A stretch of 63,792 nucleotides of DNA, the filler included, from Octopus bimaculoides (Eukaryota): the NCBI RefSeq assembly GCF_001194135.2. It is 5 parts of 5 records of this genome, joined end to end, with 100 filler letters (N's around TTAATTAATTAA, not from the genome) between each part and the next. Parts side by side here need not be neighbours in the genome. Positions count along the whole stretch, not along the records: positions 1 to 30,167 come from NC_068987.1; 4 more parts are not named here. One strand, given 5' to 3'. This document shows positions 12,262-25,838 of this stretch, in pieces (position 1 is the stretch's first letter; every line of letters starts with the position of its first letter). The notes below the pieces were generated by a model. The model worked only from the letters and a program-made list of their open reading frames with translations, made no database searches and was not told where the DNA came from. A program made the position numbers and the translations under genes.

Positions 12262-12430
12262 AGGCGTGGGCGTAGCTGTGTGGTAAGAAGCTTGCTTCTC
12301 AAACACAAGGTTCCGGGTTCAGTCCCACTGCGTGGCACCTTGGGCAAGTGTCTTCTACTATAGCGTCAGGCCGACCAAAAGCCTTGTGAATGGATTTGGT
12401 AGACGGAAACTGAAAGAAGCCCTGTCGTAT
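12262..12430 (+). mobile_element. SINE family C head (CORE-like GCACCTTGGGCAAGT)
   Basis: GGCTGTGTGGTAAGAAGCTTGC...GGTTCAGTCCCACTGCGTGGCACCTTGGGCAAGT. About 20 whole or partial copies in the window (e.g. ~16406, ~23095, ~26200, ~27140, ~30310, ~33418, ~41226, ~47890, ~48625, ~55215, ~58352, ~61072). Confidence 0.85.
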
Positions 12431-12892
12431 ATATATATATATATATNNNNNNNNNNNNNNNNNNNNNNNNNNNNNNNNNNNNNNNNNNNNNNNNNNNNNN
12501 NNNNNNNNNNNNNNNNNNNNNNNNNNNNNNNNNNNNNNNNNNNNNNNNNNNNNNNNNNNNNNNNNNNNNNNNNNNNNNNNNNNNNNNNNNNNNNNNNNNN
12601 NNNNNNNNNNNNNNNNNNNNNNNNNNNNNNNNNNNNNNNNNNNNNNNNNNNNNNNNNNNNNNNNNNNNNNNNNNNNNNNNNNNNNNNNNNNNNNNNNNNN
12701 NNNNNNNNNNNNNNNNNNNNNNNNNNNNNNNNNNNNNNNNNNNNNNNNNNNNNNNNNNNNNNNNNNNNNNNNNNNNNNNNNNNNNNNNNNNNNNNNNNNN
12801 NNNNNNNNNNNNNNNNNNNNNNNNNNNNNNNNNNNNNNNNNNNNNNNNNNNNNNNNNNNNNNNNNNNNNNNNNNNNNNNNNNNTATATACGA

Positions 12893-12954
<62 letters not shown>

Positions 12955-12957
<3 letters not shown>

Positions 12958-13405
12958 GAATGTGTGAAGGAAAACTTGAACAAAATAGATATGAAGAAGA
13001 GTGATTGGGAAACTGATGCTCTAGATCGGAACAAGTGGAAAGGTGCTGTTAGGACTAATTGCAACGCCTGGGAGGAGAAGATGATTCAGCGCTCTGAGAT
13101 GAAAAGGACCTGTGGCAGAGGAACAATTAACACTGAAATCAACAGTGAATATTGGAAATGTATTATGTGCGATCGTGTTCTGATATCAAAAGCAGGATAC
13201 ATGAATCATATGAAGTCACATGGAAATCGAAATGTCCATGCAAGCAATAATCTTCGAACCCAACCACCTCTTACGACTTGTGCCATATGTCACAAATCTT
13301 GTAAAACAAAATCTGGACTTAAAAGGTATAAGCTAGATCGCAAAAACATTCCTTCAGGATCAGATTCCAAAGAGCAAAGATGTAGAAGAAATTTGAATAA
13401 TATCT
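12955..13405 (+). mobile_element. RTE-clade LINE, C-terminal ORF fragment with C2H2-like fingers
   Basis: KENLNKIDMKKSDWETDALDRNKWKGAV resembles the RTE WExxAxDRxxWR motif, followed by CIMCDRVLISKAGYMNHMKSH and CAICHKSCKTKSGLKR. Confidence 0.7.
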
Positions 13406-14211
13406 GTCACTTTTGGAGTCCGGCCTGCAGGTCGTTTTCCGTAAGCGAGCCGAGGACCTTCTGCGAATCGTTCTGGATCTCAACAACGGTGCTGAAAGGG
13501 TAACCTTTGAGAGGCATTTTGATCTAGGGTAAGAGAGGGAAGTCTGCATGTGCTAAATCTGGTGAATAGAGCGCGTGCTGAAACGATGCCATGTTGCTTT
13601 TGGTGAGATACTCCCGTATGAGGAGAGTTCAGTGACAGGGTTCTTTGACGTCGTGAAGAATCTAATTCTTCGCGCTCCACAGAACCGGTCGCTTTCGCTG
13701 AATCTCCTCCCTCAAATGTTCCAAAACGTCGCGATAGAACTCTCCATTAACGGGCTGGCCTTGAGGGACGAATTCTTGATGCACAATACCGCGGACGTCG
13801 GAAAAAAAAGAAACGATGAGCAGATCTTCCAGATTGCTCATCATCCTTCAGAGGCGTTCTTCCGCTTTTGAAGCACCCATGCCACTCGAAACATTGCATA
13901 CGACCCATTGCCTCGTTGCTGTAAGCTTGCCGAAGCATGATCAATGTCTCTGTAGCAGACTTACCAAGTTTAATACAAAATTTCACGTTGGCTCTTTGAT
14001 TCAGTTCCCTGTCCATGACAAAAATCGTAGACTACAGCATACATGTGATCACAACAACACAAATTTCACAACTTACGAAGTAAACCCAGCGGCGTTACTT
14101 GGCACAATGCCTCATGAAGGTCACTGCTAGTTTTCATTATGCACGCAACCGTGTGCTGCCATCTTTTGGCGCGCTACAGGATTAGTCCGGAAACTTTTTT
14201 GATACAACCCG
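13405..14211 (-). mobile_element. Mariner transposon, internally deleted and 3'-truncated pseudogene
   Basis: TA|CGGGTTGTATCAAAAAAGTTTCCGGACT TIR. HTH QRANVKFCIKLGKSATET...FKSGRTPLKDDEQSGR is fused directly to catalytic segment FFSDVRGIVHQEFVPQGQPVNGEFY...YSPDLAHADF; stops and frameshifts present. Confidence 0.85.
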
Positions 14212-14490
14212 TATATAGATATATCGACATGAAAGCAGATAGACACATACACAGACAAACAGACAGACTGACTGACGAAATACAGTCAAACGAAATACAA
14301 AATTATCACTCAGACATTTAAAATGTTCTCATCAAACATGTTAAACACGGTAATGCTCATAGAATTCTCAACAGGATAATGTATCTGAAAGCATGGCAGA
14401 TCATAAAACTAACTGAACTTGTTGTGAAGCTTCGAAAGGTGAAAACTTGGAACTAAATAGATTCGTAGATTACTGTTACCTTCATAAACA

Positions 14491-15653
14491 GATGTCGATA
14501 AGTCGGTGAGCTGGCGGGATTGTTACCGCGTCGGACAAAATGCGTAGCTGTATTTCGTGTGTTTTTAAGTTCGGAGTTCAAATTCCGCTAATGTTGACTT
14601 TGCCTTTCATCCTTTCGAGGTCGATAAAATAAGTACCAGTAAAATGCTGGAGTCAATGTACTTCACTCATACCCTCCCCTGAACTTGTTGGTCTCGCACC
14701 AAAACTAGAAACCGGACTGTAGATGTCGATAAGTCGGCCGGGTGGCAGGATCGTTACCGCCCTAAGCAAAATGCGCATAGATATTTCATCTGAGTTTATA
14801 TGCCGTCAAGATCGATGTTGGTGGAGGCGCGTGGCTTAGTGGTTAGGGTGTCAGCACCATTATCGTAAGATTGTGGTTTCGATTCCTGAACGGGGCGACG
14901 CGTTGTGTTCTTGAGCAAAACACTTCATTTCACGTTGCTCCAGTCCACTCAGCTGGCAAATATGAGTAATCCTGCGATGGACTGGCGTCCCGTCCAGCTG
15001 GGGAACACATACGCCATTGAAACCGGGAAACCGGGACCATGAGCCTGGCTAGGCTTTAAAAAGGGGCACATCTATTTTATTTAAGATCGATTTTGTTTTC
15101 ATGCTTTCGTGGGTGCATAAAACAAGTATCACTTGAGCACTGGGGTCAATGAAATCAACATACCACCAACCCTGAAATTAGTGGCATTGAGCCAAAATCT
15201 GAAACCGTATTATGGATGTCGATAAGGTTGCAGAATCGTTGCTGCGCCGACAAAATGCGTAGCGATATTTCATTCAGTTTTTTTACGTTCAGAGTTCAAA
15301 TCCCACAGAGATCGATATTGTCTTTTATCCTTTCGGTACTAGTCAAGTATTTTCACCAATGTAATTGATTTGGTACCTTTTGCTTTTTTTCAGAGTCATT
15401 AGACTACGGCCATGCTGGGGCGCCGCCTTGAAGAATTTTTTAGCTGAATGAACCAACCCTTAGTACTTAATTTTTGTTTAAAGCCGGGCACTTATTTTAT
15501 CGGTCACATTTGCCGAAACGCTACATAACAGGGAGATAGACACTCCAACACCTGTTTCCAAGCAGTGCTGGTGAAGAACATAAGTACAGACATATATGTA
15601 TATATGTACATATGTATATATGTACATATATACATATATATATATATATAGAC

Positions 15654-15720
<67 letters not shown>

Positions 15721-15958
15721 AGGTAGCGAGCTGGCAGAAACGTTAGCACGCCGGGCGAAATGCTTAGTGGTATTTCGTCTGCCGTTACGTTCTGAGTTCA
15801 AATTCCGTCGAGGTCGACTTTGCCTTTCATCCTTTTGGGGTCGATAAATTAAGTATCAGTTACGCACTAGGATCGACGTAATCGACTTAATCTGTTTATC
15901 TGTCCGTGTTTGTGCCCTCTAGGTTTATCCCTTTGTGGGCAATGAAGAAATAAGATAA

Positions 15959-15960
<2 letters not shown>
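14491..15960 (+). mobile_element. SINE cluster: four family-B copies, one nested family-D copy, one family-C tail
   Basis: B heads at ~14503, ~14735, ~15227, ~15722; C tail (-) at ~15390-15575. Confidence 0.8.
14821..15082 (+). mobile_element. tRNA-derived SINE family D (V/CORE-SINE-like) inserted in a family-B SINE
   Basis: GGAGGCGCGTGGCTTAGTGGTTAGGG head, TTCTTGAGCAAAACACTT and CCTGCGATGGACTGGCGTCCCGTCCAG; 13-bp TSD AAGATCGAT(G/T)TTG at 14808-14820 and 15083-15095. Confidence 0.75.
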
Positions 15961-16005
<45 letters not shown>

Positions 16006-16897
16006 CATACATACATACATACATACATACATACATACAAAAATACATACATACATGCATACAAACATATACATACATACATACATACATCAACTAGAAA
16101 GGAGAAAGCTATTTCGCAGACTACAGATCCAATCAATGGAACCGTAAAAATCTCCAAAAATTTCCAGAAGTTTATCATTTAAGTATATATGAGCATGTCT
16201 AGATATGCAACTATATACATGTGAATAAATACATAAAACATACAAATCTGCACATACATGCATACATACATACACACAAAAATACCGTGTTGTTCATGTT
16301 GAAATTCCAATCTAGGTTAGAAACTGGTTCTTTCTCTATTGGCAAGAAATCTAGAAATAGACTGAAATAGACTAGAAATAGAATGACATACATAGATACA
16401 TACGTACGACGGGCTTCTCTCACAATGCTTTCGTCAGCCTCAGGCAGAAGGCACTTGCCCAAGGTGCCACGCAGTAGGACTGTACCCGGAACCATATGGT
16501 TGGGAAGCAAACGTCTTACCACACAGCCAAAAGCTTAGAAAGAATAATTTATAGACATCAATCGGTGGCAGCCGAACATTTAGGAGAATAGCGGAAACTG
16601 CCGAACCATTTATCTCTCACCCAAAGTATAAAGTTAATTTTAATAAAATAAATCATGCAACAAACAAAAATTCAACATATATATTGTGATTATCGAACTA
16701 TAACGTTTGTGAATATATTTTACAATTGAAATTGTAAAATATATTCCAAATATATTCCAGTGTGTAATCGGCTTCGTCAAGATCTTATTGTTGCTGGTAT
16801 TGAGGGGAAAAAAATGTTTTTCTTTCTTCCTATTGCTTGTTTTTGTATATTTGCTTCCTTTTTTGCTTATATATATATACACACACATATATATATA

Positions 16898-16940
<43 letters not shown>

Positions 16941-17489
16941 NNNNNNNNNNNNNNNNNNNNNNNNNNNNNNNNNNNNNNNNNNNNNNNNNNNNNNNNNNNN
17001 NNNNNNNNNNNNNNNNNNNNNNNNNNNNNNNNNNNNNNNNNNNNNNNNNNNNNNNNNNNNAGAGAGAGAGAGAGAGAGAGAGAGAGCGATGTAGATATAA
17101 ATATATATTTTTTTATGTGTGTATGTATGTATAGAAACATATGCATATATCGGTATGTATTTATGTATTTATGTGTATATGTGTGAGTGTGCGTGAGTGT
17201 GTATATATGTATGTACGAACGTATGTATGCACGTATGTATCTTTGTATGTATGTACGTATGTATATATTTATTTATGTATCTATGTGTATATATATACAT
17301 AAATATATATATATGTGTATGTACATATGTATGTACGTATGTATGTATGTATGTATGTATATACAAATGTATGTACGTATAAGTAACTATGTATTTATTT
17401 ATGTATATATATGTATATATGAATGTAGGTGTGTATATAAATTCTTCTATTATTTTGTAATGTCTATCTTTATTTCTCTACGCTTTTGT

Positions 17490-17659
17490 CATTTCCGCCA
17501 TTAATATTTTCAGCACCATCGACGCCATCATCCTCACCATCATCTTCGTCATCATCATCATCATCATCATCATCACCATCATTACCCTCAACACCAACAG
17601 CAGCAGCAGCAGCAGTATCAAAATCTTTTCCATCATTATTTTCAGTGTCGTAATTGTCG

Positions 17660-17692
<33 letters not shown>

Positions 17693-18350
17693 CCCTCATC
17701 ATCACCATCGTCGTCGTCGTCGTCATTATAGCAATCATTGAGCCAAATAAAACGGAGAGGGCATATCAGGTGATGCTGTTCTGAATGCAGTGTGTCTTAA
17801 TAAAAGATGGGATTGTCACAGTTGGAGTGCTTTTGCTCATAAGCCTTCTTGATTAGGGATGACGGGGGTCCCTAAACAGAACAGCTAGCAACAAAATATT
17901 CATTGTTATTGCTCTTATGAATATTAATGTCATTTCTATCTTCTTCCGCCGCATCACCATCATCATCGTCATCATCATTATCATCATCATCATTATCATC
18001 ATCATCATCATCATCGTCATCATCATCATCATCATTATCATTATCATCATCATCATCATCATCATCATCGTCATCATCATCGTCATTGTCAACATCACCA
18101 ATATAAAAGTCATAATTATTATCTTCATCTCAACCACCATCATCGTCATCGTCATCATCATCATCATCTTCTTCATGATCTTCATCATCATCGTCATCAT
18201 CATCACCACCATCATCGTCATCGTCATCATCATCATCATCATCATCATCATCGTCATCATCATCATCATCATTGTCAACATCATCATCATGATGTTCATC
18301 ATCATCGTCATCATCATCACTATCATCATCATCATTCCCACAGCAATCAT
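17490..18350. repeat. Degenerate (CAT)n/(CGT)n low-complexity array
   Basis: Long imperfect ATC repeats giving poly-Met/poly-Ile pseudo-ORFs. Confidence 0.9.
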
Positions 18351-18761
18351 CGAAGTATTCATACGTGTGTAGAATTATGCGTTTAAATATGCTGCGGAAG
18401 AGTATATTAGATAATAACTAACCAAATATCTAATGAGACCACCTAACATTGGACCCAACGTTTTGCTTTTACTCTAATCTCAATAACCTCAGTCGAAGAT
18501 ATTTTTTAAAAATACGCTTATTCGAAAATAGATAGATGAAAGGTGTACGTGTATATTGTCTCATGTGGCTATCTTTAAATGATTAACATTTTTTGGTGCT
18601 CTACTTCATGGTGAATTCTATGATGCAATACAGTCAATGTTATGAATATTGTTATATAAACGCTTCGCATTTACTTTGGTTACTATTTTATTCTGGTGGA
18701 CCCCCACCCCATAGACTTTCGATGTTTAAAAGCGAGTTGTATAGAGAGACTTCTTTCAAAA

Positions 18762-19080
18762 TTCTTATTTTGTTTTTCACACATTAATTTGTGTAGGTTG
18801 AACTGCGTAAAAGGTTAGAGAAAAAGAAGCACCAAGCTGTTTCTTACAATATTTCCCAATACATACGTCTAAAGAAAAGTTTTTCAGTGACACTTAAAAC
18901 ATTATTGTGGATCCTCAGTTTCTTATTTTGTTTTTCACACATTAAATTGTGTCGGTTGAATGTTAGAGAAAAAAAAATAATAAGATGTATCTTGTAATGC
19001 ATACCAATATATACGACTAAAGCAAACTTTTTTCAGAGGCCCTTAAAATACTGTTGTCGATCCCTAATTTATTATTTTGT
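18762..19080. repeat. Imperfect ~158-bp tandem duplication
   Basis: TTCTTATTTTGTTTTTCACACATTAA at 18762 and 18920, followed by colinear similarity. Confidence 0.6.
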
Positions 19081-19114
19081 TCAATGGACCCTCAGAAATT
19101 TTATATTGACCCTC

Positions 19115-19643
19115 AGGGAACATACGTGCAGGACGGTTTCGTCGTTCTGACCGCATCTCGGGCAGGTCGACCCCGTGTTTCTCGAGACATGCCAGTAGAG
19201 CTTATCCCGGAGGGGTAGCGCTTCTCGATAGCACTGCCAGGCCAGGGATCTCTGGAAGTTGTCCATAGGTCCCGGCCCGGAAGTCGTCTTGAACAGATGG
19301 GTCGGGTATTCCTCGTCGACACCTAGGTTCGCTCCGAGATCGTCGTCTTACCTCCCCTCCACTAATCCCCTATAGAATGCTTTGGTTGTGTTGCAGTCGC
19401 TCAAGGTCGACCCGGGACGGCATAGTTGCTTGAGAGCAACGGGACACTCGCGGTGCCATTCGCCCTTCCTCGGCCTCCTTTTGATCCACGATTGCAGTTT
19501 GGTCATGGAGACGAACTGCGAGAAACCGCATTTCACAAACGGCGACCACACCTGTACACCGTCGTCTACGTAGAGCCGGAGATATCACAGTCTCAGCGCG
19601 TGTCTGCGCATCATCAACCACGGCATGCCCAGCCCGCCTTTTA
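19115..19643 (-). mobile_element. L1/Tx1-type LINE ORF2 C-terminal fragment (pseudogenised)
   Basis: One frame with two stops: KGGLGMPWL...FQRSLAWQCYREALPLRDKL...TCPRCGQNDETVLHV (GGLG motif plus zf-RVT CxxC...ETxxH). GC-rich; runs into a gap. Confidence 0.8.
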
Positions 19644-20204
19644 NNNNNNNNNNNNNNNNNNNNNNNNNNNNNNNNNNNNNNNNNNNNNNNNNNNNNNNNN
19701 NNNNNNNNNNNNNNNNNNNNNNNNNNNNNNNNNNNNNNNNNNNNNNNNNNNNNNNNNNNNNNNNNNNNNNNNNNNNNNNNNNNNNNNNNNNNNNNNNNNN
19801 NNNNNNNNNNNNNNNNNNNNNNNNNNNNNNNNNNNNNNNNNNNNNNNNNNNNNNNNNNNNNNNNNNNNNNNNNNNNNNNNNNNNNNNNNNNNNNNNNNNN
19901 NNNNNNNNNNNNNNNNNNNNNNNNNNNNNNNNNNNNNNNNNNNNNNNNNNNNNNNNNNNNNNNNNNNNNNNNNNNNNNNNNNNNNNNNNNNNNNNNNNNN
20001 NNNNNNNNNNNNNNNNNNNNNNNNNNNNNNNNNNNNNNNNNNNNNNNNNNNNNNNNNNNNNNNNNNNNNNNNNNNNNNNNNNNNNNNNNNNNNNNNNNNN
20101 NNNNNNNNNNNNNNNNNNNNNNNNNNNNNNNNNNNNNNNNNNNNNNNNNNNNNNNNNNNNNNNNNNNNNNNNNNNNNNNNNNNNNNNNNNNNNNNNNNNN
20201 NNAC

Positions 20205-20389
20205 GTAAGCAGACACGCTCGTCCCGCATCCCAATTTTCGCGGGGACGCACATTGGAGGCTGGGGGGACAAAATTCAATGTAGAGCTTTTATTTTTGAAA
20301 ATAGAAAAAAAGGAGAAAAATGAAATTTCGACCAAAAGGGATCGTGAAAAAAAAAACCATCAAAAGGGACCGTGTATCAGAGAAAATAT

Positions 20390-20437
<48 letters not shown>

Positions 20438-20609
20438 CCGGTGGTCAATGGAATTTTTAAATATAATGAAACTTTTTTCTACCGGAAACTGGAAATGCAT
20501 AAACTCTTCACCAGAGAGCGCTACTGTTCTGTTTCAAAACTACCGATCAAAAAATAATGGGAGACTAGAATCGCTTGGCTACCGGTGGTCCCTTTTGGCA
20601 TGTAACGGG
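20205..20609. mobile_element. Possible piggyBac-like non-autonomous element end with internal (GATA)n
   Basis: Ends ...GGTCCCTTTTGGCATGTAACGGG|TTAG; internal AAAAGGGA(T/C)C repeats in the opposite orientation. Confidence 0.3.
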
Positions 20610-20820
20610 TTAGAATTCCATTCGTTTATTAAATAGCATGCAGACACATATAAATACATACACACACACGCACACACACACATACATATACACACATGCT
20701 CATAAGCACAAAGAAACTGAATAACACACTCATACACATACATATATATATATGTATATATAATATATATATTATATCTATATATATAATATATATTGTA
20801 TATATATATATATAATATAT

Positions 20821-20892
<72 letters not shown>

Positions 20893-21075
20893 CGTGTGCA
20901 GGGGAGAGAGAGAGGGAGAGAGGGAGTATTAGTAGAAACGAACGCAAACGAATATACATAATTCATGCACACACACAAATACACACATACGCACACACAC
21001 GCGTGCGCATATACATACATACTCTTAGGCACAAAGACATATACAAACACTTGTATGTGTGTGTTGATGACTGTC

Positions 21076-21124
<49 letters not shown>

Positions 21125-22501
21125 GCAGAATTAAACAGGGACATAAATATGCATAACTGAAAATGCATATCTGCAACATACACATACATACAGGTGCCTG
21201 TACACATGCCGATACACACACACAACTACAAGTACAGACATGCACGTACACAAAATGGACGAAAGAAAAATGGTCGCAGAAATGCATACGAATTGATGAT
21301 GTACGTGGACACACACCCACACACAAGCATACACACGCACACATATACATACACGCAAACACACATGCACATACAGACACAAAGTACACACGCATCCACA
21401 CAAACAAAATACACAAGTGAACGAAAAGAAATTCCGAGACGAAGAAAGAACGGGAAAATAAGAGGAAGAAGAAAAGGAAGACAAGGAAGAGGAGCGAGTG
21501 GTGGTGGTGGTGGTGGTGGTGNNNNNNNNNNNNNNNNNNNNNNNNNNNNNNNNNNNNNNNNNNNNNNNNNNNNNNNNNNNNNNNNNNNNNNNNNNNNNNN
21601 NNNNNNNNNNNNNNNNNNNNNNNNNNNNNNNNNNNNNNNNNNNNNNNNNNNNNNNNNNNNNNNNNNNNNNNNNNNNNNNNNNNNNNNNNNNNNNNNNNNN
21701 NNNNNNNNNNNNNNNNNNNNNNNNNNNNNNNNNNNNNNNNNNNNNNNNNNNNNNNNNNNNNNNNNNNNNNNNNNNNNNNNNNNNNNNNNNNNNNNNNNNN
21801 NNNNNNNNNNNNNNNNNNNNNNNNNNNNNNNNNNNNNNNNNNNNNNNNNNNNNNNNNNNNNNNNNNNNNNNNNNNNNNNNNNNNNNNNNNNNNNNNNNNN
21901 NNNNNNNNNNNNNNNNNNNNNNNNNNNNNNNNNNNNNNNNNNNNNNNNNNNNNNNNNNNNNNNNNNNNNNNNNNNNNNNNNNNNNNNNNNNNNNNNNNNN
22001 NNNNNNNNNNNNNNNNNNNNNNNNNNNNNNNNNNNNNNNNNNNNNNNNNNNNNNNNNNNNNNNNNNNNNNNNNNNNNNNNNNNNNNNNNNNNNNNNNNNN
22101 NNNNNNNNNNNNNNNNNNNNNNNNNNNNNNNNTGATATGAGAAGTGTGAAAGCTAATATGTCAGAAGGTTCGTTGATTGACAAATGGCAAAGTAGGGGAT
22201 GTGAGGAAGCGTTTCTTTTACTATCGTCTTTAATTCAGCAAAGATTTAGTGTAAGCGGCTGGGGTCAGATCAGGTGACCTGTTGTACTGGGGCAAAAATC
22301 TAATCCATCACTCAGATACAAAAAAGAAGAAAACAAAGTAAACAGAAAGAAAAAAATAGAAAAAGTAAACATAAAACAAAAACAAACAAAAAAATCACTT
22401 GGACAGGATGCAGGAGGTGTGTGAGTGGGTGTGAGGCGTATATGCGTTGTTTTTGTTGTTGTTAGAGGGAGAGCATAATGGTGGTGTTGTTGGTGGTGAT
22501 G

Positions 22502-22532
<31 letters not shown>

Positions 22533-23211
22533 AAATACGGCGGCGCTGGAAATGGTAATAATCTTGTGATGACGTCGGTCGTAGTTGTGCTGTAAGACGC
22601 TGGCAATGGCTGTGACAGAAGTATGACTGTTGTTGTTGTTGTAGTGGTGGGAGGAGGTCGTCGTCGTCGTAGTGTTTGGGTGTCTGTTGTGGTGGTGTAG
22701 GTGGCGGCGGTGGTGGTGATAGGCTCAATGTAAACAAAGGGTCGGATGGAGATGTCTTTATTTATTTTTTATTCTTATCTCCAGCGCTCGTAGATTATCA
22801 AATGTGATCTAACCGTTATCATTCCAGCTTATATTGAAATCCTGGAAGAGTAGAAAAATGGATTATTTTCAATACAGCATTCAACCCAGGCTCGAGGCTA
22901 TCTACACTCTTGAACTGGAGTCTCAATATGAAAGCACACCGTTTGATGCGAGTCTGATGAAATGTCACTCTAATGTTGAAACCGCAAATATTATGTTACT
23001 TTCTTTCACAATGGCAGTAAAAACAAAGTGGTAGAGAACCAACTGTAACTGGTTGTTAATGATGTGCTGAAGTCTTTCTTTGTCTTTTTATCAGAACCCA
23101 ACCGCATAGTCCCGGATTCAGTCCCTTGGGTAAGTGTCTCCTATTATAGCCTCGGGCCGACCAAAACCTTATGAGTGCATTTCGTAGACGGAAACCGAAA
23201 GAAACACGTCG

Positions 23212-23255
<44 letters not shown>

Positions 23256-23378
23256 ACAAACTTACTTGCAAAAAGGACGCGTGCGTCCGATGATGTAATA
23301 ATACAAAGAATATATACGCATGTATACACACATATGTGTACATACATCTACATGTGTATATAGATGCATATCAGGGTA

Positions 23379-23567
23379 CAGGACGTTACAAAAAATAATA
23401 AAGTACTCAGATATCTGGATGGTTGTACATTTACATATCTGAAAAACCTACAAGAATAGGTGCAAGTGCTAATATTTATAAAACATGTGACATTAATAAA
23501 AATCTGTAAATGTACAAACATCCAGATATCTGAGTACCTTATTATTTTTTCTAATATATAATTCCTG
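23379..23567. mobile_element. Tc1/mariner-type MITE with ~60-bp TIRs
   Basis: TA|CAGG...CCTG|TA; 23376-23438 is inverted to 23502-23570; second truncated copy at ~48262-48385. Confidence 0.6.
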
Positions 23568-24995
23568 TACATCACCTCCATTTACTGAAGATAGCTTGAA
23601 GTCCAATAGAAAGGAAGACGGAGGAAGAAGATCGCCAACGATTCACATGTGGTTACAGTATATCAGCGCCAAGAAGTGTTTAGGCATAAACATGCTTAAA
23701 TTGGCTAAAATAGGTTTATATTATATTTTAACGGTTAAAAGGAAAATTCACTGTAGTTACCGCAGAGACAAAATTTTCCCTTATGGTACAAAGGTGAAAA
23801 AACACCAGATCTGTCCAGTAACACATTCTGTCGGAATGCCAGACCTCAATGTTTCTAGTTCTTTAGCCGTTATGAATGGGAAATTCATAGGAGAGGCAAC
23901 TCTGAACAGACTTTATCAAAGCCATGGCTTTATCTAAAATACAATCAACAGCGTTGACTGATTTGAGCCAGGAGACTGCCGAGGAGGTGGAAATTACAGT
24001 AATACCAGCGTCAAGCAGTGTTTAGGCATAAGCGAACTGCCACAAATATATTTTAACTAACCTGAAGTTTCTCTTTTGGTGAAAAGTGTAAAACCATCAT
24101 ATCTGTCCAGTGCTGCCCCCTTTCGGATTCCAAGAAGCTCAGAAAGGGAACATCACTAGACAGATGTGGTGTTATTCCACCTTTTACAATAAGAAAGAAT
24201 TTTTCGCCTACGGTAGATGCAGCGAAGAAGTTGGAATATATCATAAACATATTTTAACTAAGCGAAAGTTCGCATATATATATATTATAAGAAATAAAAA
24301 GTCCTTGGAATATTTTTCCATATATGCAAAAATGAATAAACATGGCTTTCCTAATAAACTTTCCACTTTAATAAATTAGACGTTTGTAAATTATTGGCTG
24401 TTTACAAATGGTGGCTCTGTTGTCAACATTTGTAAACACCTAATCATCCAGAGATTCAGGATACGTTTACCTAAGTACTGTACAATTAGATGTATGTTCA
24501 ACAATGATTTCTGACACTTGTTAGGCACAGAACGGAAAGAAGTAGTAGACATATTATGCTATATATGTAATGTGCTGCAATGTTTTTTTTTTGTTTTGTT
24601 TTTTCGCAAAACGCCAGACACGTTATTGTACTGTGACATTTACAGATAGGAAAAATATGTCTGCTCCTTTCATTCGGTAGACAGGAGAAAATGAATCTAT
24701 GTAAAATGTTTCTAAATCTGGTTTGATTTTTTATCTAAGGCAGAATACCATTTGATGATGTAGACACGAAAAGAAATACAGCTAATTATATGTGTATATT
24801 CATGTGTGTGTGTGTGCCTGTGTAATATATATATAAATATATATAAGTTTTAAAATTTATAGCAAATGCACGAACGAACGGAAAACAGACAGACTAGCAA
24901 GTTGGAAAACATATAGTAAATACATAGTTGAACGGAAAACAGACACAAAAGGTCCCCAACTCTTCATCAGTTATCGACCAGAGGGTCATAGGTAA

Positions 24996-25034
24996 TTTCG
25001 TGCCTTTACCGATAATATTGACCCCTTCTGGGTC

Positions 25035-25081
<47 letters not shown>

Positions 25082-25143
25082 GGGGGGGACCTTCTTGCCG
25101 GTTGCCACCAGAAGGGATCAATATTATCGTTAAAGGAACGAAA
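24996..25143. repeat. 36-bp inverted repeat enclosing (TA)n(GA)n microsatellite
   Basis: TTTCGTGCCTTTACCGATAATATTGACCCCTTCTGG vs reverse complement TTTCGTTCCTTTAACGATAATATTGATCCCTTCTGG (3 mismatches). Confidence 0.75.
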
Positions 25144-25186
25144 ATACGTATGATCCTCGTATATATATANNNNNNNNNNATATATG

Positions 25187-25268
<82 letters not shown>

Positions 25269-25761
25269 CGCGCGCACACACACGCACACACACACACACA
25301 TTTATATATAGTTCCTAAATGTAAATTTGGTCTGAAATTTCATGCGATCAGCATAAACAATATTTTATCGGTGATGTTATCATTTGATATATTACTTGGT
25401 TGTTAAAGTCTACTACTTATTCTATCGGTGTCTTGAACCGAACCGTTATGTTACGGAGTAGGAAACAAACCAACACCAGTTGTCAAGCGGTTGGCGAGAC
25501 AAGCACGAAGTCACACTCTCGCACACGCGTACAAATACGACAGGCTTCCACAGAGTTTGTGTCACATTTACACACAACCGTTTGGTCTCACTCACTCCTT
25601 CTTTCTCTCCCTCTCTCTCCTTCCTTCCCTCTCTCTCCTTCCTTCCCTCTCTCTCCTTCCCTCCCTCTCTCTCTTTTCCTTCCTCTCCCTGTATGCTTGT
25701 CCCTCGCTCTCCCTCTCCTTCTTTATCCATCTTTTTCTCTCTTTCTCTGTCTCTCTCTCTC

Positions 25762-25838
<77 letters not shown>

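Noticed and set aside
22133-22250. Open frame DMRSVKANMSEGSLIDKWQSRGCEEAFLLLSSLIQQRFS ending at GTAAGC as a KLHL upstream exon
   Set aside because: No resemblance to KLHL N-terminal or BTB sequence; 5' side lies in a gap; unsupported.
22944-22990. CTGATGA...GAAA as a hammerhead
   Set aside because: Stem II relies on G-U pairs, no NUH site in register and no stem I; plausible by chance.
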